Positions 16,906-31,911 of a stretch of DNA of 64,000 nt are shown here, piece after piece (the first letter of the stretch is position 1; each line of letters begins with the position of its first letter). A program made the position numbers and the translations under genes. Under the pieces are notes generated by a model. That model was not told the origin of the DNA. It ran no database searches and worked only from the letters and a program-made list of their open reading frames with translations. This DNA comes from the human T2T-CHM13v2.0 reference genome, Homo sapiens: assembly GCF_009914755.1 (NCBI RefSeq), contig NC_060927.1, one strand, 5' to 3'.

Positions 16906-17272
16906 CGCTGTAGAATGAATGTCTGTGTCCTCTCAAATTTGTATATTCAAATCCAAATCCCCAAAATGATGATATTAGGAAGTGAAGCCTTTGGGAGGTG
17001 ATTGGGTCATGAGGGTAGAGCCCTCATGAATGGGATTAGTGCCCTCATATAGGAAGCTCCAGGGACTTGTCTCACTTCTTTTCACCATGTGAAGAAATAG
17101 TAAAAAGGAACTCTATATGAACAAGAAGGTGGGCCCTTTCTAGACACTGAGTTGACTGATGCCTTTATCTTGGGCTTCAAGAGAAAGTCTTCAGAACGGA
17201 GAAATAAATGTTTGCTGTTTAAGTCACCAAGCCTATGGTATTCTGTTATAGAAGCCCAAATAAAACAAGATG
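16906..17272 (+). mobile_element. MLT1A/MLT1A0 solo LTR, probably nested in an older ERVL/MaLR LTR
   Basis: gaatgtctgtgtcctctcaaattt...gcctttgggaggtgattgggtcatgagggtagagccctcatgaatgggattagtgccc...ctatggtattctgttatag. Confidence 0.85.
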
Positions 17273-18987
17273 GTGTAGTACGGATTCTATGGGCAGCCTT
17301 TTTATGCACAGGAAAATGAGCGTTCTAATCTATGAAAGGCAGGTAAATGATAAGTAAAGCACCTCTCTTCTTAATGATCTGATGGAGCCACTGCTGAAAC
17401 AACTCATCCTACAGGGTAGATCCTACCTCTTTAGGATAATGTGTCTTTATTTTTCTGGGTCTTAGAATAGGCTTTCTTTTGAATACAATCAAAACATCCT
17501 AACTGTATTATAACTTTAACTGAAACTTTGCTTATCTAAGTCCCTATTTAGGTCTTATGGCCCAAAGTTATGCTTTTGTACAGAAAAAGAATACATGATA
17601 AGCCATTGTCAACAACCCGGCAATTGGGATCATCAATCAAACATTAAATCTCTCCTGAACTGATCATAAAATAAAACCGATTTAACAAGTGTATGAGAAG
17701 TAGCACTGAAAAATAAACTTTACACGTGTGTGTATGGTATATAATCTGTAAATATTCACCTGGTATCTGGGGACTTAATATAGTTTTAACAGAATTAAGG
17801 CCTCCTTAAAAGTGTCTTATTTTAAAACTACTACAAATTGTGAAAGAAAAAATTGCCAAGTTCAAGACCTGAGCATTTTAAATTAGTCATCCAATCAAAA
17901 CTCAGTGTCTGTCCAAATCTGCCAAATAAGTCTGTTCCAGCAGCCTTAGTAATTTTCTTAGTATATGGCATTGTTAATGTATTTTGAGATAATTTATTTA
18001 GCCCTGATTGTGTAACATTTTTTATAGCTAAAATATAGCAATGTGAAACAACAAATTGTCCATTTCATGCTGGGTAAATGATTGAAAAGAAAACCATACA
18101 ATCTATCTCACCCATAATTTTATCCATCAGTCCTTTTCAGAAAGCAACAATGGGAAATGCATGCCATGAATCTCTGTATACAGAAACTTTTTTTTGCAGT
18201 GTAGCTTTCAATATCACAGAATTTACACTATAAAAAAAACCTGTTTCTTCGTGTTAGATTTCAGCTGCGTGTGGTTCTACATTCACCTCTCTCACTCTGT
18301 ATCAGTCATCTTCAAAATGATGGTCATGGGTAGCATGTTTCCTAAGATATTTTCCTACATTTCTTCATGTATCTGACTATTCATAATTCTGGCAACAATT
18401 TTGATTATTTCTGAAAGCTCAAACTATTTCTAATTATCTCACTCATATTTGATGGTCAGCATGACAAGTGGTCATAAAAAGTACTTTCTGAATCATTCAG
18501 TAGTGTTCAGTTGCACTTGAGAAATCCTCCTAATGGCAGTGGCATACATGAAAAAGGAGGAAGCTGGATTAGATTTTGACATTGTAACTTCTCTAAATCC
18601 AACAGGACAGTCATTCCTGGTCTTTCTGTCAATTCTGAACAAATTTGTTTGGCGCCAAAATCAGTATTGCTTTTCTAATCAAGAAGCGATTGGAACATTC
18701 TGTCTTGCAGAGAGACACATCATTGACAATGAAAACACTAACTTAGAAGAAAATGAATCAACTTTAGGAATGAAGGAACTCAGTTGGATTTGCCTCAAGC
18801 CATTAAGCTTTTATGACAGTCAGTCACTAGATTTTAGAACACTAAGCCACCCTAAATTTATACATGTAAGAAAGAGCATTAAATTATTATATTCAAATGA
18901 TGTTTGTTTATAAATGGCATATAGTTAGAATTACTTGGCAATCTTGCCAAACACTATACTAAATACATTTTATTTTCTACAAAAATA

Positions 18988-19932
18988 TGATGCAGGATTT
19001 CTCTTAGGCAGTTTGCCTGGCTTGCAGCAGGAGATGCCCTCTCTACTTGGCCTGCCAGGATGCATATTGCTTGTACTCCAGCCTGCGGCTCCTGCAGCCA
19101 CCGTGACTGCTCACTCAGCACCTGGCAGGAGGGTGTGTGGGAGCAAGCAAGTGCAGGGTCTGGCTGGCTGTTCCAAATGCATGCACAAGGGTGGCTCCGT
19201 GCAGGGCTTGCGACTTGACTAGGTGTGCCTCACTGAGGGGAACATGGTGGTGCCCAGGCAGAGATGCCCATGACCCCAAAGCCCCAGAAAGGGTGTTACA
19301 ACATGCTAGTTAGCTTTTTAGTCTTGCCTCTGCAGCCCAACAGACAGCTGCATGTTAACAGCTTGGTTCAGCCCCTTGCCCCACTCTGGCTTATAGCTCT
19401 GGGACTGGCTCAAGTCCGTCATTGCTTTCTGTAGTGTAGGGCAGCTGCCCTCCACTGGCAGATGGCAGAGAGCAAGAGTATTATAGCTTTCTGAGTACCT
19501 GTGTTTGGTAGGTCCTGAATTTTTGTCCTGCATTCAAGAAGAATGAGGTCATGCTGACAATTGAAGGGCGATGAGGGTGGAGAATTTTATTGAGCAATGA
19601 AACAGCTCTCAGTGGAGAGGGGACAGAAAGGTGGCCTCCCATCTGAAGTCGTGTCATCTCCCGCCAGTGTGGCGGAGTCTGGGGTTTTTATAGGCACAGG
19701 ATGGGGGAGGGGCAGGCCGTTGGTAGTATAGGAAAAGGCAACATTTGATGGGTTAAAAATTATTATTCAGAAAGAATCAATATTGGAAAGGGCAGGCAAA
19801 CAAGAACAGAAGTTCTCACTCTGGGTCATGGCTTTCATCCAGAATCAGCAGGCTGTTTTTGGCTTGAAGGAGGGGTTTCTCTAGGTATGCACCCCTATCT
19901 GCGTAGGCATTGTATGGCTCCTGTCACTATCA
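18988..19932 (-). mobile_element. ERV1 solo LTR (MER52/LTR27/LTR28 group)
   Basis: TG...CA termini (tgatgcagg...cactatca); 4-bp TSD aata at 18984-18987 and 19933-19936; GC-rich; AATAAA and TATA on the - strand. Confidence 0.8.
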
Positions 19933-21009
19933 AATATAGATGATATCTACTTTACATGACCTTTCACATATGTTCACAAGTATCTCAGTCTGGAGATGAA
20001 TATCAATGATACTAAACATTTTCACATTGTGATTTAGATTGATATTTCCAATTAATAAAATTATTTTTTGTCTTTTTTGAAAAGCTGCACTTTCAGTTCA
20101 CTCTTTTCGAACAGAAAACGAAATTACCTAGGTATTAGGGATAGTTTAGCTTAATAATAAAAGTAGATTTATTTATTTTTACCAAAGGAGCATATTAATT
20201 TTGAAGATCAGATTGACTCATATAAATAGTGGAATAAACAATTTATTTTAAATTTGTTTTGCCTTCAACAATTATATAGACTAAAAGGGTTTTCCTTGAA
20301 AAGAATGAAGAACTGAGAGGAAATATGTGAAATTATAAATACATATTATCCTCAATATGGAATATCAGAAAAAAATTGATTATGCCTACAATGCAAATAT
20401 AAGCAAAGGAAACTGTTAATCACACCACTGTATTCTTGAAAATAAGCTTTGAAACTGACCAGCAGTTGAGTGCATTGATTGGCCGTATTTGTGCACACAC
20501 ACAGGTTTGTGTGCGCATGTGTGCATTTTAACTGATTACAAGAGATTTCAGATAAATACTGTGGTACTTTGTGTATTGTAACAGCTGTCAACAAATTATT
20601 ACTCAACCCTCGGTGACAAAGGCCCCAACTGTAATATGGTGAGCAAGGTGCTGAACTGCTATAAAAGACATCACAGAAAAAGAAAGTATTTTATCTTCCA
20701 ATGTCTAGATTTAATTTATTGTTTGGCACTCATCTCATACTCAGCTAACTAGCCACTAGCTGGTGGCCTCTTTTTTTAAATCTGTGAAATATTCTATTGT
20801 GAAAAAGTAATCTCATAAAAGTAGATGTAAATATAGTTCTTATAAGAATAATCCTTTAAATTTTTTTTCTAAATATAATAATAAGTATTTAGGTCTTGTT
20901 CATTGTATGCTACTAGATATCTAAAAGTTGATGGACATGTTCCTCATGTCACTGAATGATTACTTTCAAAGGTCAAAATACACTTTAAAAAATAAATATA
21001 GAATATTAA

Positions 21010-21995
21010 TTTTCTAGTCTGGGACGTAAGGAGCTTGGCAGTAATTACTTAGTTCTAACAACAAGTAAAAAGCTGAACAAACAGAAAAATCAACAATTCT
21101 TCTTGGAACCATCAGAGAAGTGAGCTCACAGGGCAAAGCACTGCCCTTAAAATTAGAAAGGCAAACAGGCACATACTGCAAAACACAACTTAGAGCAGAA
21201 ACACCTGAGCAGAAACCAGTACCAAGGAGGAAAACCTAAGCAAAATAGATAAATGGGGAGGGGAAAATAACCATTTTGAAATACATCAAGGCATTCTGCT
21301 CTTCTTAACAAGGCCTGCCCTCAAGAAAAACTACTTCACTTGGGCCTAATCTAATGGGATTTTATGAGATTCTAACTGACCTAGGGAAAGGAGAACACTT
21401 AAGTCTAGCTGATTTTAGCCTTCAACATGGAAGAAGGAAAATGCATAACCCCGTCACACTTTAGCTATGCTGAATCACCCAAGGGGAGGAGGGGGAATGA
21501 TAATCACTTGGAAAGTTTATAGTCCAGGAGCAAAGGCTCACTAAAACACTGAGATCTAATTATGGGACTAAAGAATGCTTTCCCTCTTCCCACAACTTAC
21601 CACATTACCAAAGGCCTATTTACCCCAGGTCCTTTCATCAAGTATATGATGTCTAGCTGTAAGAAAAAAAATTACAAGATTCACTAAAAGATAAAAAGCA
21701 CAGGTTGAAGAAACTGAGCAAACATCAGAACTAGACCCAGATATGACAAAAATGTTGGAATTATGAGATCAGTAATTATAAATATATATGACATTAATTT
21801 GTTGGGGATTTAATGGAAAAAGTAGGCAATGTGCAAGAACAGATGAATAATATAAGCAGCAAAAAGGAAATTCCAAGAAAGAATAAAAAAGAAATGCTAG
21901 AAATCAAAAACACTGTAATAGAAATAAAGAATGTCTTTGATAGGTTTATTAGTAGAGTAGACATGACTGAGGAAAAAAAGTCCTTGAGCTTTTCA
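21010..21995 (+). mobile_element. Ancient L1M 5'UTR plus ORF1 fragment
   Basis: ORF 21813 MEKVGNVQEQMNNIS...EMLEIKNTVIEIKNVFDRFISRVDMTEEK is the L1 ORF1 coiled coil; upstream resembles an L1MC/MD 5' end. Confidence 0.8.
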
Positions 21996-22029
21996 ACAGA
22001 AAGTTCAATTTACAATGGGTTTATCAGGA

Positions 22030-23510
22030 TGTACCCTGAGAAATATCTGTATTAAAAAATATGCATTCTAGGAAAAAAACAGATGTTAAATGTAAAGCTA
22101 GTACATATGCCTACTTGGTGAGTTTGCAGAACAGCAAAGTTGTTAATGTCATTGGAAGAAGGGAAGTGAAGAAAATGATAGCGAAGGGAGGGTATATAGC
22201 ACTTGTAGAACCTCAGGAGTCAATTTAAGAACTCAGCTTTTACTTTCAGTGAAATGTGGAGCCTTTGGGAGATTGAAAAAGAGAAGTGGTCAAGGTTCCC
22301 CATGGTTCCAGTATCAGAATCAACATTTAAGAAACAAAATTAGAACCAATAAGACCAATTATTGCAATAATCCTGGTGCAGTAAATTGGTGTTTTTAATC
22401 ATGTGTTAGTTGTGGTGGTAGTACGAACTAATTTGAATTCAGATATATTTTGTAGATAAAGCTGAGTTATTGCATATTGAGTGTCATAGGAAGAGAAAAA
22501 GTAAACGATGACTCCAAGAAATTTTGGCTAAGGAACTGTGAAATACTTTTTTCAGTTCCAGGAATAGAAAAATTGGAAAAGTAACACTATTCTTGGTGGG
22601 AATCAGTTCAATTACAAGTGTTAATTTTGTGAATCCTATTAGATATCCAAGTAGCTATGTTCAATAGGTGTGTGATATATGTCTACAGTTTCAGATACAG
22701 GTCTTGTCTGAACATGAGATCACTAAAAGTATAGATTAGAAAAAAAGAATACAAAAAGTCAGGGGATTGAATCCTGATTCCCTCAAATATTTACAAGTTT
22801 GCAAAACAAGGAATCAGCAAATGATACTAGACTGTATCATGAGTTAGGTAGTTATAAACCAAGAGAGTGATGTCTCAGAACCCAAATAAAGAAAGTATTC
22901 CAAGAAGAAATGAATAATCAAGTGTATGAAATGCTGCTTATCGCCAAAAATAAGAAGTGAATGAGACCTAGAAATTATCCATAGAGTTAAATAAAAAAGA
23001 GACTATTGGTTACTTAGGGTGTTTTCAGCACAATGATCACAATGGAAGCTTCTTTGGAGCATCTTTAAAGAAAAGGGCAGGAAAGAAATTGGAAGCAACT
23101 ACTTTGGAAATTTATACTTCAAAATAAAGCAGAAATATAGTTTAGTAAGTGAAGGTAGTTATTGGATTGAAGGGGCATTTTAAAAAAGTGAGATATGATG
23201 ACATGTTTATATTGATGAAAATGAGTAGAGAGGGAACTATTGATGATGCTGGGGATGATAACATAGAATAAAAAGGAGGGGATGAGTTCCGGTGTAAAAT
23301 TGAAGAAGTCAGTCTTACATCAAAGCATAAAATTAGCAAAAACATAATATGAAGCTGAAAAGCAGAATATATGGGAGTCGAAAGATGTGTTGGTAGGGAT
23401 AAGCAGAACCCCTTTTTCAGTTTGCTACTATTTTTTCAATAAAACAAGGATCAAGCTTATCAGGCAGGAGTGAAGAGGACCGAAAACATTTTGGGGATTT
23501 GAGGTAATTT
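22030..23510 (-). mobile_element. L2 LINE, degenerate
   Basis: Purine-rich antisense L2 hallmarks: gaacagcaaag, cttttactttcagtgaaatgtggagcc, ttgcaataatcctggtg, gatgactccaag, cctattagatatccaagt, atcaagtgtatgaaatgctgct. Confidence 0.7.
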
Positions 23511-23819
23511 AAACTACTAGACTACCTTGGCTTCTGTCCTATGCAGTTTATCTCTGAATACACAGATAATAAACTATTTTTCATTTTCTAAAATATCTAT
23601 AATAATCTTTTCAGCAAGATAAAAATGTGTGGGTTTTCGTTTCCCAGATTATTAAAAATGTTTATAACTTGCTAATTTAATTTTTGAGGTTGGATAAATA
23701 TAGTTCAAGACTTTGTTTCTCCTAATAGCATTTAAACACCCTTAAAGAGATTGATTAGAGATACTGGTGCTAGTACTTTAGGAACCAATTTTCCACCTTT
23801 TTAAAAATTTTATATTTTC

Positions 23820-24599
<780 letters not shown>

Positions 24600-24687
24600 A
24601 ATACATACAATTTAAAGTGATAAGAGTTATATAGGAATAAAATGCTAGTGCTGTGAATGAGCAAATTTAAAGTGAATGAATTTCACT

Positions 24688-24860
24688 GGGTTGGCACAGT
24701 GGCTCATGCCTGTAATCCTAGCTACTCTGGAGGCTAAGGCAAGAGGATCACTTGAGTCCAAGAGTTTGAGACCAGTCTAGTTAACCCAGCAAAACCCAGT
24801 CTCTAAAAATAAATATATAACTAAAAAAAATTTTAAAAATAAAAATAAATAAATAAATTT
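24688..24860 (+). mobile_element. FLAM / Alu left monomer
   Basis: gcacagtggctcatgcctgtaatcc...ggatcacttgagtccaagagtttgagaccag...tctctaaaaat with an A-rich tail and no right arm. Confidence 0.8.
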
Positions 24861-25814
24861 AAACAAAATATTTATCACAAATCTTGGTCACTTTGTCACT
24901 CAAAACTTTTTTTTTTTTTTTGGTTGTTTTGTTTTAGGTCATTGTTGCTATTCACCTGGATCAAAGCCAAAAAAACAAAACAATGGGCTAAATGACAAGC
25001 AGAGCTGAAGTCAGACTGTCTGAGTTCTGTTGTCATCTTAGAGGATACAGATGACTTTAATAATATTTAATTCCTTTGCCAGGCCTAGCCAGCATTTGGA
25101 AAATATGATGGGTATATTGTGTTATTTAAATTTAATTTCAGCTGGCAGCTCTGCTGTGCCATCTTATTAACTAGAGAACTACTTAGCAATATAAATCTCA
25201 GTAATGTCACTGATAGACACACCCACTTCCTTTACTTCACTGCTTGATGGGCAAGGAGCAAAAGTTAGTGAGAATCATATGTATGATTAATAAACTAGGA
25301 AGAGCTTAAAATAGCTACTGCTCTATACCACATGGGCTCCCATATATTAAGTAAAAAGGCAAAAAAAATACCCTGATGAGAGAGGTCACATTTTCTAAGA
25401 CCACTGGAGGAAGTGATAAAGCCCTATTATGTATGAATCTCCAGGAAATCCATTCTGTGTCAGAAGAGAAGAAGGCTTACTAACTTGTGACTGTTAGAAA
25501 TGTGCAGTCAGAATTTTCTTAATAAGCCGTGGAAGGAAGGTCAGAATATAACTACAAAGGAAAAATGTGATTAAAAATAACAGACAGGAAAGAAAAGTCA
25601 ACAATTCCTCTTGATTCAACTTAGTATCTTGATTTTATTCTCTCTTGTCACTAAGAGTAATCAGTTCACTGAACTCTGATCTTTTACTTTGTCCTCTGTA
25701 GGCTTGGCTTAACACACATTGAGGAAGCAGCCTAGACACAGCTTATATGGCTGGGCCCGAAACCACATGAAACCACCACCACCACAGCACTTGCTTTTGT
25801 GTTTTATGAACCTT

Positions 25815-25885
25815 TATACACATACACACACATATATCACATATAAATGATATATATCATATATATGGCATATGTGTGTATATAT
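25815..25885. repeat. (CA)/(TA) low-complexity tract
   Basis: tacacatacacacacatatatcacatat...gtgtatatat. Confidence 0.7.
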
Positions 25886-26040
25886 TCTTTTTTCTTCTCC
25901 ATCTTCAGTTCAAGAAAAACCTATCTTCCTCTCATCAAAGCAATGCATCAATATGAAAGAACAGAATCGCAACTTGAACAAATTGCAACAATCAGATAAA
26001 TAGTGAAAAACTAAATATTAGAAGAGAAAAGGGAAAGTGT

Positions 26041-26660
26041 TGATATAGGAGTTAAGAAGAAATTAGGCAGATAGTAAGGGTATGAGAGTCCTCAGTAAGG
26101 CTTTTCTTTTTAATAAAAGGCAACCCGCAAAACATTTCTTATCTAACAGAAAGCATCTTGAAAAATCAGAACTGCAAGCATTGATATGCAAATACCAGGG
26201 GCTGAAAGCCAGGTAGCCAGGTCCACCCAATATGGCATCTCCCACCCTCTTTTCCTTGTCACCACGTGTGCCAGGTGTCATGGCAGCCTCCAGATAAAAA
26301 TCACTTGTACAAGCATCATGGCCACCACCAGGTGGAGGCTGCATTTGCATAATAAAAGGCTACGGTGGGAGGGCCAGTCTTTTCACAGGCTATGTGAATG
26401 GCACACCTGGTCAAAACAATCCCCTGAGCCCTATGTAAGTCAATCATCACCTCCTCAAGCCTCTGTACAAACCGACTGTATTTCCCACAGTTCAGAGACC
26501 CTCTTTGATCGCTTTCTCAAATGAGGAAACTTTTTCCCTCTTCTTTTTCCATTAAACTTTCTGCTCCTGAACCCACTCCTCATGTGTGTCCCTGTCCTGA
26601 ATTCTTTCTGCACTGAAACCAAGAGCCAGGGTATATACCCCAGACAATGGAGCCATTTCA
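26041..26660 (+). mobile_element. ERV1 solo LTR (LTR9-family)
   Basis: tgatataggagttaagaagaaattaggcagatagtaagggt...gccatttca; 4-bp TSD gtgt at 26037-26040 and 26661-26664. Confidence 0.8.
26179..26193 (+). promoter_or_regulatory. Composite SOX-OCT motif CATTGATATGCAAAT
   Basis: Matches the SOX2-OCT4 composite consensus with a perfect octamer; second octamer ATTTGCAT at 26343-26350. Confidence 0.55.
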
Positions 26661-27989
26661 GTGTTAGTTATATAGATATAACAACATCAAGTAAAATTGT
26701 ATTTTATAATTATGATATTTTTAAAACAGAAAATTATTATTTAACTTTAGTATTGTAGGGATCACACATTTTCATTAAAATATCTGTACTTTGGAAAGAA
26801 CTGAGCTATTATACTAGATAGAAAACAGTAAAACTTGTACTTTTTAAAAAGTATACGAAAAAGAATGTCTTGAGGTTAAGCTGAAAATTTTTCTAAAACT
26901 ATGAAGAATTAGAAGTAATTATAAGTTAAATAGGCCACAAAAGGTGTGAGTTTTCAAACTATGTGAACAATAAGATTCAATTTAAAATAACTTGGCTTTG
27001 TTTTTCTGCTACCTAGTATTTGAGAACACAAAGAAATCTTGATTTTTATGTAATTTTCAAATTTAAAAATAAATTGCTAAAAGTTGCTTACAAAACTTTA
27101 AAAATCACTTTTTTGGCAGCATATGTTTAAGGAACTTACTATGTGATTAAGCTTTTCAGAATATGCTTTATTTCAACAGCACTCCTGGAAACTGTGGCCA
27201 TTTACTCAAAAAGACACAATAATAAGAATAGTTTACTTAAGAATATAATTCAAGCACCTCAGCATTCCTAATTATAAATATCTATTTTTCTGCTTAGAAA
27301 ATATTAGTAAAATATTGTTTTAAAAGAAGCAAAATCTTTTTAGACTTGTTTAAATAACTATTGTTTACCCAACACTTAACCAGTTCTGTTAAATATCTGA
27401 TCTAGTTACATTGGACTACTCTTGTACTTCAGGTTATATATTGATACATGTGAGAATTTAATCTGTGTTACTGTCTTATTCTGTTAGATAAGACAATTTT
27501 TCATAGTTTAAAATGACCCCATTTTATGATTTCTCATTTTGCAGTCTCAGTCATTATTAACTCTTTTTCTCTTTTTTCTACATTTAATTGGAAATAGCAA
27601 AGTAATCATATTTCTACTTCTCAAATTCTTCAAATTGTATTTTTATGTTTATTTAAAGGAAAAACAAAAATGAAAGATAATCTAAAACAAAATATTCTAA
27701 AACGTAGACACATCAGTCAGTATTTCCCTTTTCTTCTCTCCTCCTGCACATCCTGAAAATACAGCAGGGAGAAATAAAACAAATCAAACTTATTTTTAAT
27801 TCTAGAAAACAAACAATCTTCAGATTCCACACTTTTGTTTGATACACCAAAACATTTATGCTAAAAGGGCACACCAAAAACCAGGGAAAAATTGAGAACA
27901 TTCAAGAATGAATGTCAGGTGATAAAAATTTTCCTAAGGAAATCAAAGCAAGATGAATGGCATGAACATTGAATAATAAATTGTAGAAT

Positions 27990-28522
27990 GTATTAAAGGA
28001 CAAAATTACAAAAAAATTAGTTTAAAGATTTTGATTGACTTTATTGCAATTCTAAAATCAGGCAACAATTCATTCTATGAAACAGAAAGTATTCAGATGA
28101 GCTGAGAGGAGGGGGTGGACATCGTAGAGAGAGAAGAGCTGAAGAAGGCTGAGACAGAGAACACAAAATATATTAGTCATTTCAAAGTTATTTTTCTTGT
28201 AAGGCAGGGAGAGGGAGACAGAATAATAGAAAAATAACTGATAGATTAACATCAGATTACCTCAGGCTATTTCTTCTGTGTAAGGATTAAGGCAGAGGAA
28301 ATGTCATTGTCATGCCCTTTGAAGATATTAAACTGACTTGATGGGAAATTGACTATTATCTCTTTCTTCTGATTTCTCCAAGATCAGACAACAAGGTACC
28401 TTGAGTTTGGTGACGTGGAACTTTAGCATAAGTGACTCCATTTTTATTTTTAGTTTAGTTTACTGAGGCCTAGTGTAGAAACTCAGTCCAAAACAATTAC
28501 CTCTTATAATTTTTATTTAACA
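27990..28522 (-). mobile_element. ERV1 LTR (MER31/MER67 group)
   Basis: tttggtgacgtggaactttagcat...gtgactccattt...ggcctagtgtagaaactcagtccaaaacaat...tttatttaaca is the antisense LTR start. Confidence 0.7.
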
Positions 28523-28899
28523 ATTAATAGAATGAAATCTTTAATTATAAGGGAATTAGTAGTGGACAATAGGATGTAAGCATGCTACTAGTTCAACTGA
28601 CACAAAATTGGAGGTAAAGTGACAGGTGGCGGGAAATAAATCTGAGTAAATTTCTTGATTGCATTGTAATAGTTGAGTGCCAAAGCATAACATTAAGTTG
28701 GAGCAAAAGAAGTAGTAGAATGATTAGCATTTTTCAGCAGACCAACATTTATCACAAAAATATAATATTATTGGCTAATATGGTATGTTAGAGAAAAGAG
28801 AAGGGAATTAGAGAAAAGGAAATGTGCTAATTTTGCCACTGATTTAGAGAGAAAATTTTAAAACTATATGAAACTAAGAACTCTTACAGTTATTAGAGT

Positions 28900-29480
28900 A
28901 ATCATTGCAACAAAATGGGTACCCTTCCAAATATCTCAACAAACAGCAAGGAAACCAGACTTTTAAAAAACTATAAAAAAAGATTTTTTAAAATGACGGA
29001 CCTTAAAGCAAATATATGACACGCAGGGGGATTTCAAATCCTATTAAAAACGATTTTAATGTTAAATCACAAACAAAATCCAACTGTAGCTGCATTTAAG
29101 AGTAAATCTAATTCAAAGAAATGTTAAAAGTGTGATTTTAAAGAAAAAAGCAAAATGTATACAATAATATTCTACCAAAGTAGAAATCAATACCAAGGCA
29201 TTGAATAAATAAAGATGGACACCTCAAAATGCTGAAGGGTTTAATTCATAAAATGAAGTTATAAGAGTTGTGAATATTTATACACAAGTTATCCTGGCAA
29301 CAACAATCATAAAATACAAATTGTATGAGATACTAGGAGTAATATATAGGATGTATTATAGAGACAGTTTTATCTTTCTCAAGCCATGACTACTACAATG
29401 ATAAAATAAACAAAAACCTAATATGTAAGACATAAATGACATCATTAATAAAGATAATTGATGTTTATATAAACCATCTA
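28900..29480 (+). mobile_element. Ancient L1M ORF2 endonuclease-region fragment
   Basis: aatccaactgtagctgcatttaagag...caaagtagaaatcaataccaagg...aagggtttaattcat...gtgaatatttatacac follows the order of the L1 endonuclease sequence. Confidence 0.55.
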
Positions 29481-31911
29481 ATCTACTTACTTGTATCCAC
29501 TATACTTCTGGATCACGTACAGATTTGTCATCATAAAGTGCACAAATTTTGTATCCTATGTATTTTTTTACCTATTTGAATTTTTTCCTTTTAATTTTAT
29601 TACTTTTTCTTTTTCAACATTTTATTTTTGAATCCAACTCCTACTTTAAATTCTTCCACCCCAATGTATACCTAATTAAGTTATATCTGGGTTTTGGCCG
29701 TAACTTCTCAGTGATCATCCCACAGTATAATTATGCAGGGTGATGCAAGGATACTTTTGCCAATGTGTAATTCTTTTATGACCCCTTTCATAACCTTTGA
29801 GACTGCCTTATTTCTAACTACATTAGGTTCAGATTTCTCAACATGCCTTACGTGTTTCTCCAAAATTTATGATGAAACCTCATTTCCAGCTTCATCCTAT
29901 AATATTCTGTCATATTTGCTCTGTTCACTTCTAATCTTTTATTGCTTTCAGAATGTTTCACTCCGTTTCTGGGCTTTTTGCTTCCCCTTACGTTTCCCAT
30001 TTACTTTGAATTTTCTTTTCTTCTTTTCCATAGCTAATCCACCCAGCATTGTGCATTTATTGATACTCGGCAAAACTAGAATTTTTTGAGAACAACATAT
30101 TATATATTCTTCAAATTTGTGTAGTAAGTGTAATAAGACACAATACATTTATGTTAGTAAAGAATGGAGATAATAATATCTTAGGAGAGTAAAACTCTTT
30201 CTGTCTTTCTTCCATCCCACATCTCACTCCTCCACACTGTTACTCTCATCCAACTCTATGGATTGCACTCAGAGTTTCTTAGTTTTTTTTTTTTTTTTAG
30301 ACTAAGGGAGATATTGTTTGTACTCTAGGAGACAGAATCTCGTAGCTTAGACTAGGCTAGTGTTTATGTGGGAGTAATGGAGAAATGTATATAATAGATT
30401 TGAGAGAAATTTAGGATTTCACATTGACATACATTAGTTGTAGGTAAGATCTGGTAGTTCTTCAATCCTCTCTTGTTCTACACCCATATTTCCATCATAT
30501 TTCTGACATAACCTTTATTAAAGTGATGGTTATTACAAACCTCCATTTTACCTCCTTCCTAGTTTACAATTTATTTTAGCTTTCATTAAAATCACCAATG
30601 ACTTTATTGTAGAATTCAATGGTTATTGACTTTGGTAATTTTGGTCACACTATCACTCTTGAAACACTTGCAGTGAATATGAATACCAATTTAAAAATTT
30701 TTATGTGCAATAATATGACTTTATTTACTTCCTATTAATGACAACTTTACTTAATGTATTTCTAGACCTCATTTCCCCATACCAGTGGGAAAACAGTAAT
30801 AACCACTGTTACTACTTACAAAGTTCCCAACTCTCTTGAATTGTGACATAGTTTTTGTGACCTTATGCAGTGACAAGATATTTGAGACATGGGGGAAAAG
30901 GTGCTCCAATTATTACTTGATAGCAATTCTTATGAGTTGCCTTTGTGATGGCCCTAGTTCTTGTCTAAAGGACTTTCCCAAGTCTGGTGTCTCTCTTATT
31001 TTCCTATCTCAGTTGTAGTGCTATGTGTGTTACCACGTGGTGGGTTGCAGTATGTACCTGGGATCTTATTACCTCTACTTGGATACCATAAAAGGCAATT
31101 TGGAAATCCCTGCCCAATTATTTCTACTCTCTGGTCCCTTTCTTTCTTTTGCAACTCATGAAAAGACCTTGAATATGAAGGTCAAATATTTCTACCTTTA
31201 TGCCTTCTTTAGAAATTATTTTCTATGCCCACAGATTCCTACTTTCACCTCCTTTGTAACCCATCCCTTACTCTGCATTCCACCCCACTTCAGAAAAAAA
31301 GTAAAAATAAAAATAAAGTACTTTGACTTTTGAAGGACAAAAGGCAAAATGACACGCTATATACTGTTTATTTTAATCTGCTTCATACCTCCCTGGGGCT
31401 ATGAATGCAGGGTTAGATATATATTTGAATTAAGAGGAAGAGAGAAAGGTAGGACAATTGGTGAAAGTAAAAAAAAAAAAAATGTTATTATTTCACCACA
31501 TTTTTCTCCTACTTCTTTTGGATTCCTGGGAAGGTTTGTTTTTGTTTCTTAATGGGTGTATTTATTTCCTTATGCTTCACGTGATTGTTTTGATATTCTT
31601 CTCACTTTTAGGTACACTTTTATCTGCATACAACAGTTCTTCCTCATATTACATTTTATTTTATCTTATTTCTTTCTTAACCACTATAAATACACATTAT
31701 TATATGAGTAATGTCTTTCTTTAAAATTTGTTTTTAATGCAAACTTTCATGTTATATAAGTGTGTATCCATGAAAAACACATGATATTGAAATGTTCTTT
31801 AAAATAGATGCAATAATTTGTACTCCTAACAGAAACATTTTGATGCACCGTGTTATAACACATTATTGTCAGTCCTTCTTAATTTTGCTAATATTTTGGT
31901 TGTAAAGTGTT

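Noticed and set aside
18533-18913. 126-aa ORF outside obvious repeats
   Set aside because: No recognisable domain, no supporting splice or promoter context; a length attainable by chance
25670-25710. Strong acceptor-like cttttactttgtcctctgtag (AG at 25700-25701)
   Set aside because: No matching donor or reading frame found; unsupported without transcript data
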